DNA of 64,000 bases from Paraspadella gotoi (Eukaryota; Animalia; Chaetognatha): the NCBI GenBank assembly GCA_051294375.1, contig JBJCIZ010000028.1:613623-677622 (forward strand), written 5' to 3'. How positions within the stretch are numbered: the first letter of the stretch is position 1; each line of letters opens with the position of its first letter. Both the position numbers and the translations under genes were made by a program. Shown piece by piece: positions 25,446-39,700 of the stretch. Below the pieces are notes generated by a model that was given only the letters and a program-made list of their open reading frames with translations, was not told the origin of the DNA and did not search any database.

Positions 25446-26302
25446 ATGGATTTCCGGCGCGCCCGCCACGCCTTTCAAACCGGCGTCGAGTCGCCGTCGA
25501 CGCCGAAGCCGAAACGAAAATCTCTGGAGGCGCTGCGTCGCGTCGGCGTCGTCCGGCGCCGAGACGGACTTTTCGGGGAATTCGTCAACGCCTTGGCCGA
25601 ATGTCCGGAGGAAGAAGTGGCCGGTGAAGATCGTCGCGCGGACGAATCTGTACAAGACAATCGTCACCGTAAAGAATCTCTTAGGAACGATCGTTGCGGG
25701 GACGAATCTGTCAAAGACAATTGTCGTGTGAAGGAATCTTTCAATGACGATCTTTGCAAATACGAATCTGACAAAGACGATTGTCTCAAGGACGATCGTC
25801 GCGGGAACGAATCTCTCAAGGACGAAATTCTGGTCGGCGAGAGAACCGTCGAGGTCGCCAGAGATATGGAGAGTCGGGATTTCCAGGTCAGAGAATTTAG
25901 ATTATAATTACTGAGGTAGATATGACTATACAAATATTTATTTTATATTTAAACAAAATATATTTAATATTTAATCCATTTCTTGACGATTTCTTCGAAC
26001 AGTCGCCTCCGAAGTCCAACAGAAGCCTCTTGGCGTCAGAATCGTCAACGCCGATCCATTTCAAAACAACAACAACAACAACAACTCCTCCCGCATCTTT
26101 TCTCTCTCCCCCTTCTCCCTCCTACTCTCCCCCTTCCTCCATCCTCCTCCCCTCTCCCTTCTCCGACCACGACTCCCTCCCTCCATCCCTCCGATGTCGC
26201 CTCGTTCGTCTCGACGGACTCTCGCACGAAGAGAAGATCCAAGTTTGTCGCTGGCGAAAAGCGAGGATTGAGCGCATGCGCAGAGCGTTGAAGAACATGT
26301 AA
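25446..26302 (+). CDS. Uncharacterised protein with imperfect 10-aa repeats; exons approx 25446-25886 and 26003-26302
   Basis: GC-rich coding-like blocks with an in-frame GT/AG junction; repeats such as EDRRADESVQ, DNRHRKESLR, NDRCGDESVK. Confidence 0.6.
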
Positions 26303-26799
26303 AAATGGGTCTCCTTGTCTGTCTCTGAGCATTAAACGAAGGGATATAGTCGTAAAAAAAAAATTGGCAAAAAAGTGTGTATTTTAGAAAAGGAGAGACG
26401 GAAATGTCTCCGTCTCTTTGATGAAATTAGGGGAAAAAGAGCAGATGACGCGGTGTCGCGATCCGAGAACATGGAATCCATATGGGGACACGGTGGAATG
26501 TACTAAACCCACTTTCTTTTCTGGAAAGAATTGACCAAAGAAACGTAACTCATAACTTTTTTTATTTTACCATTTTTTTAGTTATCTGAATCATGAATTT
26601 CTTATCGTGTGTGCGTTTTTATCATCTTGAAAAAAAAATTTTTCTACCTTTCGCTACAGTATAAATAAGACGGCATTTACCAGTTAACTGTTAAATTCAA
26701 TAAAAACCATATTTAATATTCGTCAATGTAAACCTTCTCCCCTATCGTTCGCCGTCCTCACTCCTTCTCTCACTCGAGAAAGACTCGGATCACAAGACG

Positions 26800-29700
26800 A
26801 TGGCTGATTTGCTCCACAACGAGTTGGCGAAGGCGCGAGAAAAGCTTCGCGAATACGACAAGTCCATCGAGAAAGCGGGCGGACTATCGCCGCCGCGGGA
26901 TCGAGGACGCGGCGGGTTTCGCGGGCGGCGCGGCGGTGGCGGACCGATGGGCGGACTGCCGCTCGGTGGGCTCCTGCCTTTCTCTCCTTCGCAGGTAAGG
27001 TTAGATTGATGTTATTGAATTAAAAATAATTTATCAGCTTCCAATGTAATATTTCCCGATATAATACTAAATGGAGTGAATTTTTTTTATTCCATCGAAA
27101 CGGTTACTATTTTATTACTTCTTTGATATGGAAGTTGATAAAACAGACTGTGAGAGAATCCTGAATGAGAGCTTGCAGAATCCTGCTGTATTATAACCTC
27201 GCAAAATGGAGACCATAAACCACCATAGTCTATCCAAAGTCAGGGGCAAGATAGGTTATTTATTGAATAAATAAATAATATGTAATGATTGTAGCAAATT
27301 TATATATGTTAATGAACCTTGTTTAATAAACATTCCCCCTCTCGACGAAGCAGAAGCGCCAAGTGGTGACCCTCGCATCGAACCCCCGCCGTCAGTCCCA
27401 CGGCGACAACGACGGCGAGCGCAGTCCCCCTTCCAAACGCCTCATGATGATGTCCGGCAGCGTCACCGACCTCCGCAGCCGTTTGGCCGGAGACCGCGGC
27501 GACCGTCCCTCCAGCCGCGGCGGCCGCAACGCCGGCGGTCTCCCCGGCCGCGGCCCCCGCGGCGTCGTCTACACCCCGGGCAGCTTCGGCGGCGTCGGAC
27601 GCCGCGTCCGTTCGCTCGGCGGCGCCGACGATCTCCTTCGTCTCCAGGAAAACTTGAGAAACCACGTCAACGATTTCTACGACGACGAAGACGACGACGA
27701 GGACGATCCCGACGCCGATCATCCCGGCGGCGGCGGCGGTTTCGGCGCCGGACGTCCGGCCGGCGGACTCGTCTCTTCCGTCGGGCAAAAGTACGGCAAG
27801 TCCATGTCCGAGTTTCAGTCGCGCAAGGAGCTCATGGAATCCCAGTCCAAAGATCGCGAGGTGAAGAACCGAGGCTCGCGCATGTTCGGCATGCTGCTCG
27901 GCACGTTGCAACGGTTCCGCACCGACATGGCCGCCGAGAAGGACACGGACAAGGAGCAGAAGAGGGCCGAGCTGTTGTCTAAGATCGAGGAGGACGAGAG
28001 GGTGGCCAGGGTAAGGGGTTTTTTGAAGAGGGGTTTGGCCGGGGGCAGTCTGGGGGGAAATGAATGATGATGAAAAGCTTTTCTGTCTTGAAGAGTTCTG
28101 TATACGTTGTTTGCTAAATTATCCAGAAGTTCATTAATTACAAGTTTGAATNNNNNNNNNNGTATACGTTGTTTGCTCGAAATCGAATATTTATTAAGTT
28201 CAATAATTTCAAGTTTGAGTGGAAAAAAAAAATTTTCAAGTTATGCCCGATGTTAGTTGTATTTTTTGTTTAGGGTTTATACAAATATGTGACATAAATT
28301 TATATTTCCGATAGTTATTTAGTAATCAACTTTTTTTTTCATAATAGGAGCGCGAGGTGGAGGAAAAGCGGCGCCTCATGCGGGAAAAGCGGCGTCAATT
28401 GGCCTTCGTCGAGGATCTCGAGCGCAAACTGGAACTCGCCTCCGACCACCGCGTCTGGGAGACGGAGCATCGCAAGCTCATCGGCCACGCCGCCAGGACC
28501 AAGACCAAACCGGCGCTCTTTTGGCGTCCTAAGGTCATGGACGACGCCGTGGCGCGCCTCGTCGAGGAAACGGGCGTCGAGATCGAGGCCTACATCAAGG
28601 AGAGGGACGAGGCGCTGGAGAAAGACATCAAGGACTTGATGGAGAAGCACAGGAAGAGGGCGGAGGAGGCGGAAAAGAGGGAGGCCGGGAGGAGCGGAGA
28701 GAGGAAGAGGAGGGGGAGGAACGATAGCGGAGTGGGAGAGAAGGAGGGGAAAGGGGGGAAGTTTAGCGGGAGAGGTCGCGGAGGAGAGGAGGAGGAGGAT
28801 GAGGAGGAGGAAGAAGACGAGGAGGACGAAGCGATGGAGACGGACGTTCGTCGGAACGGGCAAGATCGGCGTCGGGTGATGTCCAGGGAGGAAGGGGAGG
28901 AAGAAGAGGAGGAGGAAGAGGAGAGGAAAGTTAACGGAAGGAAAGAGGAAGAAGAAGAAGGAAAAGAGGACGAAGACGACGACGGCAACGGAGTCGACGA
29001 GGAGGCGAAGAAAAAGATCGAAGCGGCGAAGGAGAAAGAGAGGAAGGAGATGGAGGAAGAGAGGAGAAAGAAGGAGGAAGAGGCCAGAAGAGAGGAAGAG
29101 GCCAAAAGGGAAGAAGAACGAAAGAAGAGGGAGGAGGAGAAGAGAAAAGAGGAAGAGAGAAAGAGGGAAGAGGAAAAGAAAAGAGCGGAGGAAAGGAAGA
29201 AAGAAGAGGAACGGAGAGAGCAGGAGAGAAAGAAAAGGGAGGAAAGAAGAGAGGAGGAAAGGAAGAAGAAAGAGGAGGAAGACAAGAAGCGGACGGAAGC
29301 GCGTCTCAAACGTCGCAAGGAGGAAGAAGAGAAGCGAGAAGCGGAACGAAAGAAGCGGAGGGAAGAAGAATCGCGTCGTCGGACGTCTCGTCGCGGCGCT
29401 CGCAGTTCCTCGCGCTCGCGACGATCGCGCTCGCGGTCTCGCTCGCGGCGTCGATCCTCTCGCGATCGCCGCTCGAGATCCAGAGACAACAACAACGACA
29501 GGGGCCGGAGATCGTCGAGAGACAGAGGCGGCGGTTCCAGATCCGGCGCCGCAGCGCGCCGCTCTTCGAGGGATCGGCGTTCTCGTTCGCGAAACAGGCG
29601 CGATTCGTCGCCGCGGCGTCGTCGGCGCAGCTCCAGTCGCGACTCTAGCGAAGAGGATCGAAAGAGGAGGATGGAGGAGCGGAAGAAACAAGGAGGGAGG

Positions 29701-29994
29701 AAGAGGAGTTCGTCCAGCTCCTCGTCCTCTTCCTCGGGATCCAGCGGGGACGAGAAGGGCGCCAAGAAGGACGCTAAAAAGGCGGCGACGACGACGCCGT
29801 CGAAACCGGAGCAGGAGAAAGAACAGCAGCAGCCGACGCCCGAGGTGCCGCAAGTTCCGCAGCAGCCACACGAACAGTCCGTCGAGCCGAAACCGAACGA
29901 TTCCCAACCGCCGATCGCCGCCACGAACCCGGAAGACGTCGCCGAGGAAGACGAAGACTCGGACGCGGATCCGGCGCCGCCAGGGACTGAATGA
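26800..29994 (+). CDS. PNN: Pinin/SDK/memA; exons approx 26800-26994, 27354-28010, 28348-29994
   Basis: Pinin domain KNRGSRMFGMLLGTLQRFRTD...RTKTKPALFWRPK, then E/K-rich and RS-rich regions. Confidence 0.92.
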
Positions 29995-31090
29995 ATAAGT
30001 AGACGGAGGAGAGAGGAGAATTTCTGAAAAATGGATTAAGAATTATCGCCGTCGCTCGGGCTGGATGACGGTAAAAGGCTTCCTTCGAACAATTAAAATT
30101 ACTACGTTGATCTACGAACAGATTATTGGGTTGTTGTTTTTTTTTCCCCCGATTTTATTGTGCCAATTTTTGCTGCCGTTTGAAAAGATGAACTTCTTTT
30201 TTTTTCGCGATTTACGGAGTCGTAAATAAAAATAATAACCCGCGCATTACCCAGTTTGTGAAACAATCCCTTCGAATCAGGGTTAATTTGAATCTTGAGC
30301 TATGGATTAAAAATACGATACAGTTGACGATTGGTCGATTCTCTTTCTGTAAATAGAGAGTAGGGAAAAAATGGATAGCGACGATTTTTTTTTCTCCTTC
30401 TCCTTGGCTAAATTGGTTAAATACTGGTTTGCCATTATCTTTTTTTTTTCGCTAAGAAATTGATAAAAAGTTTGTGAAAGCAGTGAAAATTTATTTGGAG
30501 TCCTTCACCCCTGCCCACTCTCCTGAACCCGAACTTTGGTTTTTATTCGTTTTTCTCTCTTCATTACGAGCGAAATGAATTGTGATCATTTTCTTTTTTG
30601 ATTTTTTTTCCCTCGTGATTTCGCCCGTTCGGAATTTATTAACGGTTGTCGTTTAGCCAAACTTACCCTAGTGTACAAATAAAGTGTATAAAAAAAGTAA
30701 GGTAACATTACGCCAAGTTCATTCACTTATTTTTTTTTTCCTGTTTCTTGTCTCGTTCTAGAAAAGGGAAGGGGACGCGATCAGTGAATCGAGTCACATT
30801 TCGATGCCGAGGGGAAAAAAAAAGGAAGAAGTTTTGTCTCAACGACTTTAATTCAAACCTGAAGAATTTTTTAAAAAATCTGCGGAACTGATATTAGAAA
30901 GACCAAAGAGCGGATAGCAGTTCATATGCATTATTCATGACTATTTTAGTAATTCAATGTATCTATAGCGTTATATCAAAAATAAAAGGCGCCTAAAAAA
31001 AAACTCGGGAGAGAGAGGCCTCTAATCCCCGGAGATTCCCCGCCCTCCATCTTCCCCCCTTCCCCGCCCTTTCCCTCCCCAATCCCCGAT

Positions 31091-34000
31091 ATGACGGAGC
31101 CGGGTCTCTCCGAGGCGCCGCTCGCCACCTTCGAAATCGACGAGTTCTGCGAAGAGTTCGCCGAGTTCCAAGGCGCCGTCGCCGCACCCGACGACGCCGC
31201 CGACGACGACGCCGCCGGAGAAGTGGACAATCGGCCCGCCTCCAAGGCCTCCACCCTCGTGGACAACTTCAACGAAAACTTCAGCGGTTCCCTCGAAGAT
31301 CTCGTCTCCACTTTCGACGAGAAGATCACCAAGTGTTTCTGCAACTTTGACGAGACGACGGAGAAGATCGCTCCCGTTCAGGTCAGTTATCGATGGAGTA
31401 ATATTTAATATTAATATTTAATATTTACGACAATGCATACGATTTTGATTCGCAACAATGCATTAAAAGCGGTTTAAGGTGCGTTGACAAGCGGGTGTGG
31501 TTTATTCGCATCAAAGTTTCGTTTTCTAAACGGAATTATTCAAACTCTTTTAATTTCGTCTTCGAAAACTGTCATATGGTTTATTTAGACCATTTGAAGA
31601 ATTTGATGTTTAAATCTAATGTTCTTCATTTAATTTTGGCTTAAACGCTTCGTTTTCATTTTTTTTAAAAAAACGATAATCCAATTCGTGCTGTAATATG
31701 CAAATTAGCTTAAGTTGATTTAAAACTCTAAATCATGGAGAGGGGAACTATATGAAAGTCGGTCTCGTTTTACCTTTAATTCTCGATGTATCTTGTCTTG
31801 TCTTTATCATTGTCGTGGTTCTCAACACTCAACAGGTCCGCAGCCAAGACGAGATCATGAGCGAGTGTCAAATGTGGTGGACGATCACCGGAAATTTCGG
31901 AAACATTCTCCCCATCGATTGGTCCAAGTCTTTCGCCCGACAAAATCTCTCCAGATCTCTCAACATCAGGTCGATCTCATTGTATGAAAAAAAATGTATA
32001 GTTATATTTAATATTGTTTATATTTCATCTGTATTCTGTAAATAATTGTAACAGTGTTACTTGTGGATCATCTTAAATGCATCATGTTCAACGATCCCAT
32101 TTGTAATGGCATATTGTCGATAGTATTATAGATTTCTTTTCTCTATTATCGTAATAGTTTTAATATTGTTTGTTAAATATTGTTGTTTTACATGGACAAT
32201 TGTTTGTCGTTGTATTTCCGGCTTAATTTTTGATAATTTAATTATCACGATGTCTTAATTATATATTCTAAAACGAATAATAGGGAAAAAACGGACGGTG
32301 ACGCCTGCGAAGAAAACCTCGACGTCTCGGAAGACGACGACGAACTCTCCCAGGCTTTCGACATGCACAACATCGTCATTTCGTCCATTCAACAGGTAAA
32401 TAAACTAAATAAATTAAAAAACTAATTAGCTAACTTTTGATAATTAAACCCATTCCCTTTAGGATCCCCTCTTCACGGCGGACGAGGTCATCAACGAGAT
32501 TGACGCCATGATGGAAGAATCCGAAGGCGCCTCCTCCTCCTCCTCCGCCTCCTCCTCAATTTCCGGTCCCGGATCCTCCGTCTCCGAGCCGGACACGCCC
32601 ACCTCGGATCCCGGCGCCGACGATCGGTTGCACTTCAAGGAGCGTGGGGTTCATCCCGGCGACGGGATGTCGCCCAATACTTACAAGGAGATCATCGGGG
32701 AATCGGGTGGGTTGTTGTCGTGCGGTTGTTATATATGGTTGATGTTAATATTTTACTCGGATTTAATTCAGTTTATAATTTTATCCCTATTTTACCTATA
32801 TTCTATTTCCTTCTTTTATTTTCCCCTACCTTTCTCCTCTCCTATTTCCATTTCTATCTCCCAACATTTTCTTCCTTCGTTTCTTTCTATTGTCCCTTCT
32901 CTTTCTCCTTCTCCCCCATATCTCATTCCCCCCCCTCCTCCACCCATTTCCCTTCTCCCCTCCTCCTCCCGTTTTCCCTCCTCCTCTTCCGCTTTAGGCT
33001 TGAAGTGTCTCTCCATCGCCGCCCTCAACGACCTCCTGGAAGAGTTGGAGGCGACGATCAAGGATTTCTCGGAAACGTTGATCGCGGAACTCGCGTTGAG
33101 GGACGAACTCGAATACGAGAAAGAATTGAAGAATCAGTTCATCTCGCTCCTCCTCTCAATACAAAACAAGAGGCGGCAGGTGAGTGTGATGAGGAGTGAT
33201 AATGTGGAAGGGGTCGTGGCGGGAGGTGAGTGTGATAATGTGGAAGGGGTCGTGGAGGGAGGTGTGTGTGATAAGGAAGAGGTCGAAGCAGCAAGCGAAT
33301 TTATAAAAAAATAGCCTTTTCTTAGTCAATTTGATTTCGTAAACACCAAAGTCTGAATAATAAAACATTCTGCACTGACAATTTGTAATTCTTTTAATCT
33401 CATTTGCATATTATCGTGTTTTGTCGAAAAATAGTTGATATTTATTCTGTTGCGTTAAAGGTTTGATATTACTTGTTCCCCGATTTTAATATAAAAAATA
33501 TATAATTATATAACTTTTAAACTTTTAATACGTGGTTGGTAAAATATACAGAAAAGAACAAATATTAAAAATCGTCATAATTTTTCTCTTTCGCTGAGGT
33601 TCATGGCGTTTTTTTTTCGTTGATAAATCACTCTAAATTTAAAATTTGTGATGAGATCGACAAGTAAAATTTAACCATTTTGTGAGTTCTAAAAATATTC
33701 CAATGAGAACTTTGAAATTGCAGCAAAAAGAAATAAATACGAGATGAAATTATAAATCTTAAATCGCTTTTTTACTTTGCAAAAAAAATCTTTCATCTTA
33801 ATAATAGAAAACTTGACAAACTTGAACTTGACAAACGTGATGTCTTTTTAGCCAAAGCTTTTAAAAACCTGATTCAATCCCCTAAAAGGTTACCACGTCA
33901 TCCGGCGCCGAGAAATCGCGCGGTAAATCCGGCGTCGGCGGCAGTGGCGTTGGCGCCGCGAAGAAGCGGCAATCGGGTTCGCACGAGTCGGCGTCGTCTT

Positions 34001-34371
34001 TCCTCACCACAGTCATTCCTTACAGCAAAGATGGAGGGACGTCGCTCGACATCCCCACCTTGCAGGTAACGGGCCTCTTTTCTTTTTTCTTTTTTTCTTT
34101 TTTTCTTTTCTTTTCTTTTCTTTTCTTTTCACATTATTCTATATTCTTTTCTTTTCTTTCTTTTTCTCTCTCTCTATGATTTACTTCTCTTCTCTTCTTT
34201 CCCCCTCTCTCCTCTTCTTCAAAACGGCTCCCTTTGAAACTGAAGGTTCTCATCAAAATCCTTGGCGCCATCAACGAGGACAGTCCTCAAGTTCCGACTC
34301 TCCTCACCGACTACATCCTCAAAGTTTTGTGCCCCAACGACGATAACGCTTTGCCCGCGATGGTCAACTGA
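31091..34371 (+). CDS. FEZ1: Fasciculation and elongation protein zeta / UNC-76 homolog, 7 exons
   Basis: SLEDLVSTFDEKITKCF; WWTITGNFGNILPIDWSKS; LIAELALRDELEYEKELKNQFISLLLSIQNKRR; C-terminal VPTLLTDYILKVLCP. Single invertebrate FEZ1/2 ortholog. Confidence 0.93.
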
Positions 34372-34479
34372 CCCGTGGGTCGAGGGAGGGGGGAGAGAGA
34401 TGCGGTTTGTGTTCTCCCCACTGACTTGCCTCTCAACCTTTCCCTCCTTACCCACCCACCCCTCCGTCGAATTCTTCTC

Positions 34480-34541
<62 letters not shown>

Positions 34542-34710
34542 GTCTTCTCTCGATCAATCCTTCCTATTTTGTTTTTTCTCCCACATTGTCGTCGCTCGCC
34601 CTCCCCCCTCCCCTCCTCAATTCTACCATTCTTTTTTTAATAGAATCTCAACAACAACAACAACAACAACAACAAACAACAACCAACAACACAACAACAA
34701 CAACAACAAC

Positions 34711-34743
<33 letters not shown>

Positions 34744-36201
34744 CCAAACTCTCCTCCTCCTCGCCAGTTTTTCCATCTTTTTTTCCCCCTTTTTTGTTTT
34801 CTTTGTCGTTTGTCTGTTTTAAGTAATGAAAGCCGAGAAGCTGTGACCGTCATTATAGGCCTATAGTAATATCCGACAAATATATGCAGCAGCTTCGTAC
34901 ATTAAGTAGTGCGATACTAAAAGAAAGCGGTAAACCAACCTGCGAAATGCAAATGTAATTGACGGGTTGTTTTTTTTTGTTTTTTTTAATTGGTCGTTGG
35001 TTTTTCGCTTTCTTCGGCAAACGACGCGATGTCTGCTTTTGACAAGATTCGCCTTATCGCTTTTAAGGCTTCTCTCTCTCTCTCTCTTCCTCTCTCCATC
35101 CCCCAATCCCCGCCTCTCTCTGCGCCTGAATAAATAGAGCTTACAGTTGTGTGCAGGTTTTTGTGTGCGAATGCGTTTAGGTCAAATTTATACAACCACT
35201 TTTTTTCTAGACGTAGTTACTTTTTTTTGTTTAAAAAAAAAACAGATCTAGTCAAATCTGTAGAGCCCTCGGGTTTATATATCTTTATATATCTTTTATA
35301 AATCGCGATTAACAAATTTAAAAATTATTTTTGTAGCTTAAAGAGCTTTCTAACGCCGAGTTTATATCCACGAAAAATTCGCTCTTTTTATTCTGTTTAA
35401 TAAAAAAAAGTCGCACTTAACAAGAGCACTGATTATACATGGTGCCTTCTTTCGGACCGTCCGTCGCTTCGAAAGATGTTCTCTCAAAATGCTTTACACT
35501 CTTCACAGAATTATTTTTTTTCAAAAAAAAAAGAAAAATTGAAACAAAAACTATCCAGTACTGTATTTTTCGTTGCGATCTCTCTGCCAATGAGGGTTCG
35601 TCATCATCAATGAATCACATGCTTTTTTTTTTGCATTACCATATTTATATATATGTGCCGTCAATGTGTAAATTCTTTGTGCGCGTGGTTTCTTTTTTTT
35701 TCTTTTTGTTTAGTTACAAAACGGTCCCAAATTAAAACTCACTAAGTTTTTCATTCGATTATCGGTCATTTTTTTGTAGATAATTAAATGAAAGTCTTTC
35801 TCGCAATATTAAAAGCCGGTGTAGAAAATATTTTTATGTTTTTGTTTGGGCCCCCCCCCCGCCTATATATTCGTATTGATCTCAGAAATAACTTTCTATG
35901 AGCTTGTTTATAACTAGAGAAAAAAAATTATCCGTACTCTATTATTTTTTATTACGAAATTATATCTCGGTATGTATTCACAATGCCTGCGTTTTTTAAT
36001 TTTTTTGTTTTAGCCTTAATAAAAACGAAATAATTGATCAAGTCTGAAAAACGAAAGTATATCTCGTGCAGCTGCCTTGCTGCGCCGCCGCGGAATTCAA
36101 GCATCCACCGCTGCGGGGGAGAAAGGCTCTTGTTCAGTCTCTCAGCGATTTCTCGGAAATCCTCCTTCCCTTTCCCCTCTTCCACACCCCGGAACGTCGT
36201 C

Positions 36202-36741
36202 ATGCCGAAGCGCCGGCCGACGAGAAAGTCCAAAGCAGCCGTCGCCGCTAAAGCCGAAGATGATAAAGAAGTCAACGACGCCGTCGAAGGTCGAGCGGAA
36301 GACGACGACGCCGGAATCGACGCTCTCGACGGAACCGAGGAAGAAGAAACGCCGCCGCCTCGGGAGAACCTCGACGACGCCGGAGAAGCCGCACCCGCCG
36401 GAAACGAGAGCCAAGAAAGCGACGCCGCCGTCGCCGAGGAAGAAGATGACCCGAAAGACGTGGAGTTGATTGTCAACGGTCTGAGCTTCGAAGCCAACGG
36501 CGCCGACGATTCCTGCATGGTGCCTCCCAATCCGCTCAGGTAGTTGAATCACTTTGGCCCTTCCCTCTCTTCTCGCTGTTGTCCGGTCCGACAGAGAGAA
36601 AGAGAGAGAGAGAGAAGTAAAAGAGAGGGGCGATCAACTGGCGGCCGGTTTTTAAGTGAAATAAAGGAGGCGGCGGTACTCCCTTTTTGGAACGCCCCCG
36701 TGATTCAAGAAACGAGAAGATCGAAACAAAACAAAAGCCTC

Positions 36742-36790
<49 letters not shown>

Positions 36791-39700
36791 AAGCGTGCCC
36801 GTGAATAAGGAGTTAACCATCGAGGATTCCTTCAAGATCAAGCAGCACCAACGCGTCCTGCCTTCAGAGGAATCCCTCGTCGTCCACGTCGACGACTCCC
36901 AGTTCGATCTTGATTCAGACCTCGGCCCTTCCACCAAGAGCTTCATCAATTCCAGCGTGGCCTCCAGCGAAGCCGGAGACGCCCCCGTCGCCGGGAGCGC
37001 CGGGAGCGCCGGCGGGATGGAAAGCGGGGGCAAATCGACGCCGTTGAGGGGCGAGGCGTACGGAGAAGAGGGAGAAGAAGCGACGAAGGAGGAGCCGATG
37101 GAGGTGGAGGAAGAGAGGAAGGAGACGAAAGACGAGGACGTCGTCGAGGTCAAACTCAATGAGGCGGAGGGGAAGAGGCTTGATGTGGAGGAAGATGAAG
37201 AGAGGAAGAAGGCGAGGAAGAGCGGAGAGACGGAAAAGAAGAGAGAGGGAGAAGGGGAGGAAACGAAGGAAGAGCAGAGAAAAGAAGAGAAGGAGGAAGA
37301 GAAGGAGAAGGATCTTTGGATTTCGAATCTCGGATCGACGACGCGAGCCAAGGATCTCAAGTCTGCCTTTTCTAAATACGGAAAAGTCGTCGGGGCCAAA
37401 GTCATGACGAATCCCAAGGTTCCGGGTGAGTTATTAGAATTAATGGAAAAACGTACATATTTATAAAATGTCTTTAGGGAGTGGTCCTTTAATACTGGGG
37501 ACAGTTAAAAAATTTCATAGAAACGTTATACCACTTCCCCGATACTCTGGGAATGAATAAACTCAAACAGCTATTTTATTATCTTGTTAGCCTGTCTAAA
37601 GCGAGGAGATGGCTTGTTTATTGAATGAATTGTTAATTTTTGTATTGTTTTTAACTACATATTTTAAGGGTCCAAGTGTTACGGTTACGTGACGATGCTC
37701 TCCGCCGAAGACGCTCAGAGATGCGTGGAGAAACTGAACGAGACGGAGATTCACGGACGAGTCGTCACAGTGGAAATTGCCAAATCCCTTTCACTCAAAG
37801 GTGAATTGTTTATTTCTTTTTATTAATGCTTATTTATTATTATTTTTAAACTTTTCATCCCTAATAGCTTCGGAGCCTTCGACCTCCCCGAAGAGGGATC
37901 GCCACCACAGCTCCGAGAGCCGATCCAAGCGGACCGAGACTCGGACGAAGCAGAGGGAAGAAAGGAAGGAGGACAAAAAGATCGAGAGAAAGAAGGAGGA
38001 CAAGAAGGAAGAAAAGGACAAAGGACGCTCGGGAACGAGCAAGAAGGAAGACAATGTGGATCATCTTGAAAATGGCAAGGATAATGATACGAGTCGCTCT
38101 AAAAGAGGCACGCATGATGACCACCTCTCAAAAACGAATAAGACTGAAAATGTGAGTCAATCGAAGACCGAGAAAGAAGCGAATGGCAAAAAGGAAGAAG
38201 ACAAAGAGAATGAAGAGGACAAGAAGGTAAAAGAGGACAAAGAAGCCAAAAAGGATCAAGAGAAGACGTCGATTGAAGAGAAGAAGGAAAAGAAGGAAAC
38301 GACGACGGAGAAAGAGACGTCGGAATCGTCGGCCGCAAAGGCTCGTCGCTTATCCGCCGCCAAAAGAGAACAGGAGCAAATCGAGAGGATGAGAACCTTC
38401 AACAGGAAGGAGTGGGACCGGGTGTTGCGAGTCGAGCTCGCTGTCAAACAGGCGAGTAACGTTCATTTTAATGAATAGGTTTTTTCTTTCATGACAAAAA
38501 AAGAAAGAAATAACGATTTAAGTGTCTAAAAATCTCAAATTAAAGTTTAATGCGACGCAATACCGCATCACCCAATAACAGGAGGTTAAATCCCACGTCA
38601 ATTCCTTATCAATTTTGATAAATAAACAGAATTATTAGAGATTAATGAACTTGCAATAAAACTGAATTTTTTTCTAAAGAAACGTTAAAAAATGCTTAAT
38701 CATAAATACTGTAAAAACAAACGTTCAAACACATTAAAAGATGAAAATGTTAAAAAACTTATTAAAAAACATATAAAAACATTTAAAGCGTCATTATCAA
38801 AACGTTAAATAAGAAAAGACTAAACTATAAGGCGTAGTAAAAATACTAAATTTAACTTTAATTAAAATTCTAAAAATCGGTATTAACCAAATACTTTTGC
38901 TTTATTGCATAAATGCTAGCAATCGGTTCCTGTTCTCAAACAATTGTAATGTTAATTAAAATCAAATAAATTATAAAATAAGCAATAGCATATTTAATAC
39001 AGATTTATATTGCCAGAGGAAGTGTTTTTCATACTTTGTTCAATAAGGCGGGCCAGAATTTAACATTTTTTACAATATATAATCGCAAAAAAGTATTTTG
39101 TCCTTTATAATTGATTGATGAGATTAAATTTATTTTCTATTTTAGGAAATTTAAATTTTAAAAAATAGATTCTGATAAAGATTAAAAAGTTAAATAAAGG
39201 TTAGTATTACCAATTTTTAACATTTTAATATAAATGGGTTAAAATTTAAAAAACTTTAAAAAAATCATCATTATCATTTAATAAATTTGATAGTTTTTGT
39301 TAATTTTTACAGACAAATCATTAAAATTTCAAAAAGTTTAATAATAATCTTCATCTAACTTTTTAAGCTTTATCAGAATACGATAAAAAAAATTCAAATT
39401 TCCTAAAAAATTTTTGACATTATATAGTATTTGGATAATATAAAATAGTTTCCATCGTTTAACTATAAGATAAGTGATAAGAAAGTTGCGGAGTACAAGT
39501 AAGTATTCCCGCGAGTTATATACTTAAGGTGAGTGGTCTTATATACGTCATTACAATTTGTACACAATTCTTTTGAAATATTTTCGCACTTTCATTGATA
39601 GGCGAAGCCAGGTACTCTGGGAGATGAACTAAACGAGACGTGAGAGAGTCTGATTGAAAGCTGCAGGGACCTGCTATGTCATTATTTGTAAGAGTGATGG

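Noticed and set aside
28339-29924. Long antisense ORFs (522 and 444 aa) opposite PNN, and similar ones opposite CHERP, SAFB and UBTF
   Set aside because: Shadow ORFs expected from GC-rich, low-complexity coding sequence; no recognisable domains.
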